From assembly GCA_964412525.1 (NCBI GenBank), contig CAYPOX010000005.1, positions 1 to 50,611 on the forward strand: DNA of 50,611 nt, in the 5' to 3' direction. The notes under the pieces are model-generated. The model worked only from the letters and a program-made list of their open reading frames with translations. It had not been told where the DNA came from and made no database searches. Shown in pieces: positions 49,139-50,611 of this stretch. The DNA comes from an uncultured Caulobacterales bacterium. Lineage in GTDB: Bacteria; Pseudomonadota; Alphaproteobacteria; Caulobacterales; CAYPOX01. The translations under genes were made by a program, and so were the position numbers. Each line of letters opens with the position of its first letter. Within the stretch, counting starts at the first letter, position 1.

Positions 49139-49162
49139 GCGGCCCTCCGGGGCCGCTTTTTT
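49139..49162 (+). terminator. rimP leader terminator/attenuator hairpin
   Basis: GCGGCCC-TCCG-GGGCCGC-TTTTTT, 14 nt upstream of the rimP ATG. Confidence 0.8.
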
Positions 49163-49176
49163 GTTTGGGAGACCGG

Positions 49177-49695
49177 ATGCTCGCCGCGACCGCTTTGGAG
49201 CGCCGCATCGCCGCCATGATCGAACCCGCCGTCCAGGGCATGGGCTTTGATTTGGTGCGCGTGAAGACGATCGGGTCCGGCAAGACGATGACGCTTCAAA
49301 TCATGGCGGAGCGTCCCGACGGCACGATGGAGGTGGAGGATTGCGCGGAGCTTTCACGCGCGCTTTCCGCCTTGCTCGACGTCGAGGATCCAATCCCGAA
49401 CGAGTACACGCTGGAGATCTCTTCGCCTGGCCTGGACCGCCCGCTGACCCGCGAACAGGATTTTGACGCCTTTGCTGGGCGCCCGGCGTTTCTTGAGACA
49501 ATTGCGCTGATCGACGGCCGCAAACGTTTCAAAGGCGTGTTGAAGGGGCGCGACGAAGCCGGCGACGTTCTGATTGAGGGCGCGGATTTCGGCTTGAAAG
49601 CCTTGCCTTTGACCGAACTCGCCGGCGCCAAGTTGATGATCGATGAGGACGTCTTGCGCGCGGATTTGCGGGCGGCGAAAGGCGAGGCGTCGTGA
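49177..49695 (+). CDS. rimP: ribosome maturation factor RimP
   Basis: LQIMAERPDG..DCAELSRALSALLDVEDPI..YTLEISSPGLDRPL..GRKRFKG. Confidence 0.97.
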   Translation: MLAATALERRIAAMIEPAVQGMGFDLVRVKTIGSGKTMTLQIMAERPDGTMEVEDCAELSRALSALLDVEDPIPNEYTLEISSPGLDRPLTREQDFDAFAGRPAFLETIALIDGRKRFKGVLKGRDEAGDVLIEGADFGLKALPLTELAGAKLMIDEDVLRADLRAAKGEAS

Positions 49696-49757
49696 TCCGC
49701 GCCGGCTTGACCAACCGAGGCGCCGAAGCGCCTGCGACGAAAAGAGGGAAATGAACG

Positions 49758-50611
49758 ATGGCCATCAGCGCCAATCGCCTGGAACTGATCCAAATCGCCG
49801 ACGCGGTCGCGCGCGAAAAGAACATCGAGCGCGAGATCGTGATCGGAGCTATGGAGGAAGCCATGGCCCGGGCCGCCCGGCAACGCTATGGGCAGGAACA
49901 CGACATCCACGTTCTGATCGACCCGAAAACGGGCGAGAGCCATACCGAGCGGCGCATCCATGTGGTGGCGACGCTTGAGGACATTGAAGACGAGGTCACG
50001 CAGATCACGCTTGAGGAGGCGCGGGACCGCGGCTTTGAGGGCGAGGCGGGCGGCTACATCGCGGAAGCGTTGCCGCCGATCGAATTCGGGCGGGTCTCGG
50101 CGCAGACGGCCAAACAGGTCATCATGCAGCGCGTGCGCGAGGCTGAGCGCGACCGCCAGTTTGAAGAGTACAAAGACCGGATCGGCGAGATCATTCATGG
50201 CCTCGTGAAACGGGTCGAGTATGGCAACGTCATCGTGGACATCGGCCGGGGCGAGGGCGTGATCCGCCGCGACCAGAGCATCCCCCGCGAGGCGTTCCGT
50301 CCGGGCGACCGGGTGCGCGCCTATGTGATGGACGTCCGGCGTGAACAGCGCGGCCCGCAAATTTTTCTGTCGCGCGCCCACCCGCTCTTTATGGAGCGCC
50401 TGTTCGCCCAGGAAGTGCCGGAGGTCTATGAAGGCGCGGTCGAGATTAAAGCGGTCGCTCGGGATCCTGGAAGCCGCGCGAAGATCGGCGTCATGAGCCA
50501 TGATCCCTCGATCGATCCGGTCGGCGCCTGCGTCGGCATGCGCGGCTCCCGCGTGCAAGCCGTGGTGAATGAGCTTCAAGGCGAGAAGATCGACATCATC
50601 CAGTGGTCTCC
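49758..50611 (+). CDS. nusA: transcription termination factor NusA (3' truncated by window)
   Basis: My translation: MAISANRLELIQIADAVAREKNI..FGRVSAQTAKQVI..ARDPGSRAK..DPVGACVGMRGSRVQAVVNELQGEKIDII. Confidence 0.97.
   Translation, partial: MAISANRLELIQIADAVAREKNIEREIVIGAMEEAMARAARQRYGQEHDIHVLIDPKTGESHTERRIHVVATLEDIEDEVTQITLEEARDRGFEGEAGGYIAEALPPIEFGRVSAQTAKQVIMQRVREAERDRQFEEYKDRIGEIIHGLVKRVEYGNVIVDIGRGEGVIRRDQSIPREAFRPGDRVRAYVMDVRREQRGPQIFLSRAHPLFMERLFAQEVPEVYEGAVEIKAVARDPGSRAKIGVMSHDPSIDPVGACVGMRGSRVQAVVNELQGEKIDIIQWS

Noticed and set aside
49296-50579. 427-aa minus-strand ORF
   Set aside because: Antisense of rimP and nusA; nusA is missing from the ORF track only because the window truncates it
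1-50611. Mobile elements, tRNA or rRNA genes
   Set aside because: No transposase, integrase, terminal repeats or structural RNA signatures recognised by eye

Overview
High-GC alphaproteobacterial chromosomal window (taxonomy inferred from the NusA/RimP sequences and gene content) with four parts. (1) 0.5-12.4 kb: surface and nutrient-scavenging genes, namely a signal-less trypsin-like protease with PPC and FDxxxY..NPDV repeats, an orphan PstS-like protein behind a Pho-box-like site, a DUF2147 protein, a TonB-dependent receptor paired with a beta-propeller phytase, a TDT/SLAC1 transporter, msrBA and a second TonB-dependent receptor. (2) 12.4-24.1 kb: one 3911-aa RTX/beta-helix protein built from concatenated modules. 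(3) 24.2-48.6 kb: an aromatic/N-heterocycle catabolic island encoding an LLM monooxygenase, a cyclase-family lipoprotein, an Nramp-like permease, a TonB receptor with a Tat-exported GMC dehydrogenase pair, an IacR-like MarR, IorAB plus thiolase, a 2-aminobenzoyl-CoA monooxygenase/reductase (abm-type) operon with no CoA ligase, a FadB-like enzyme, gcdH and RidA. Four of its promoter regions carry the same TTTTA-N4-TAAAA palindrome, which suggests one regulon. (4) 49.1 kb to the end: rimP leader, rimP and a truncated nusA. The best candidate for an undescribed system is part 3. I infer a route from an indole-type or other benzo-fused N-heterocycle, partly periplasmic, through an aryl-glyoxylate such as isatinate directly to 2-aminobenzoyl-CoA via IorAB, bypassing free anthranilate and a CoA ligase. 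All family assignments come from motif recognition, not database searches.
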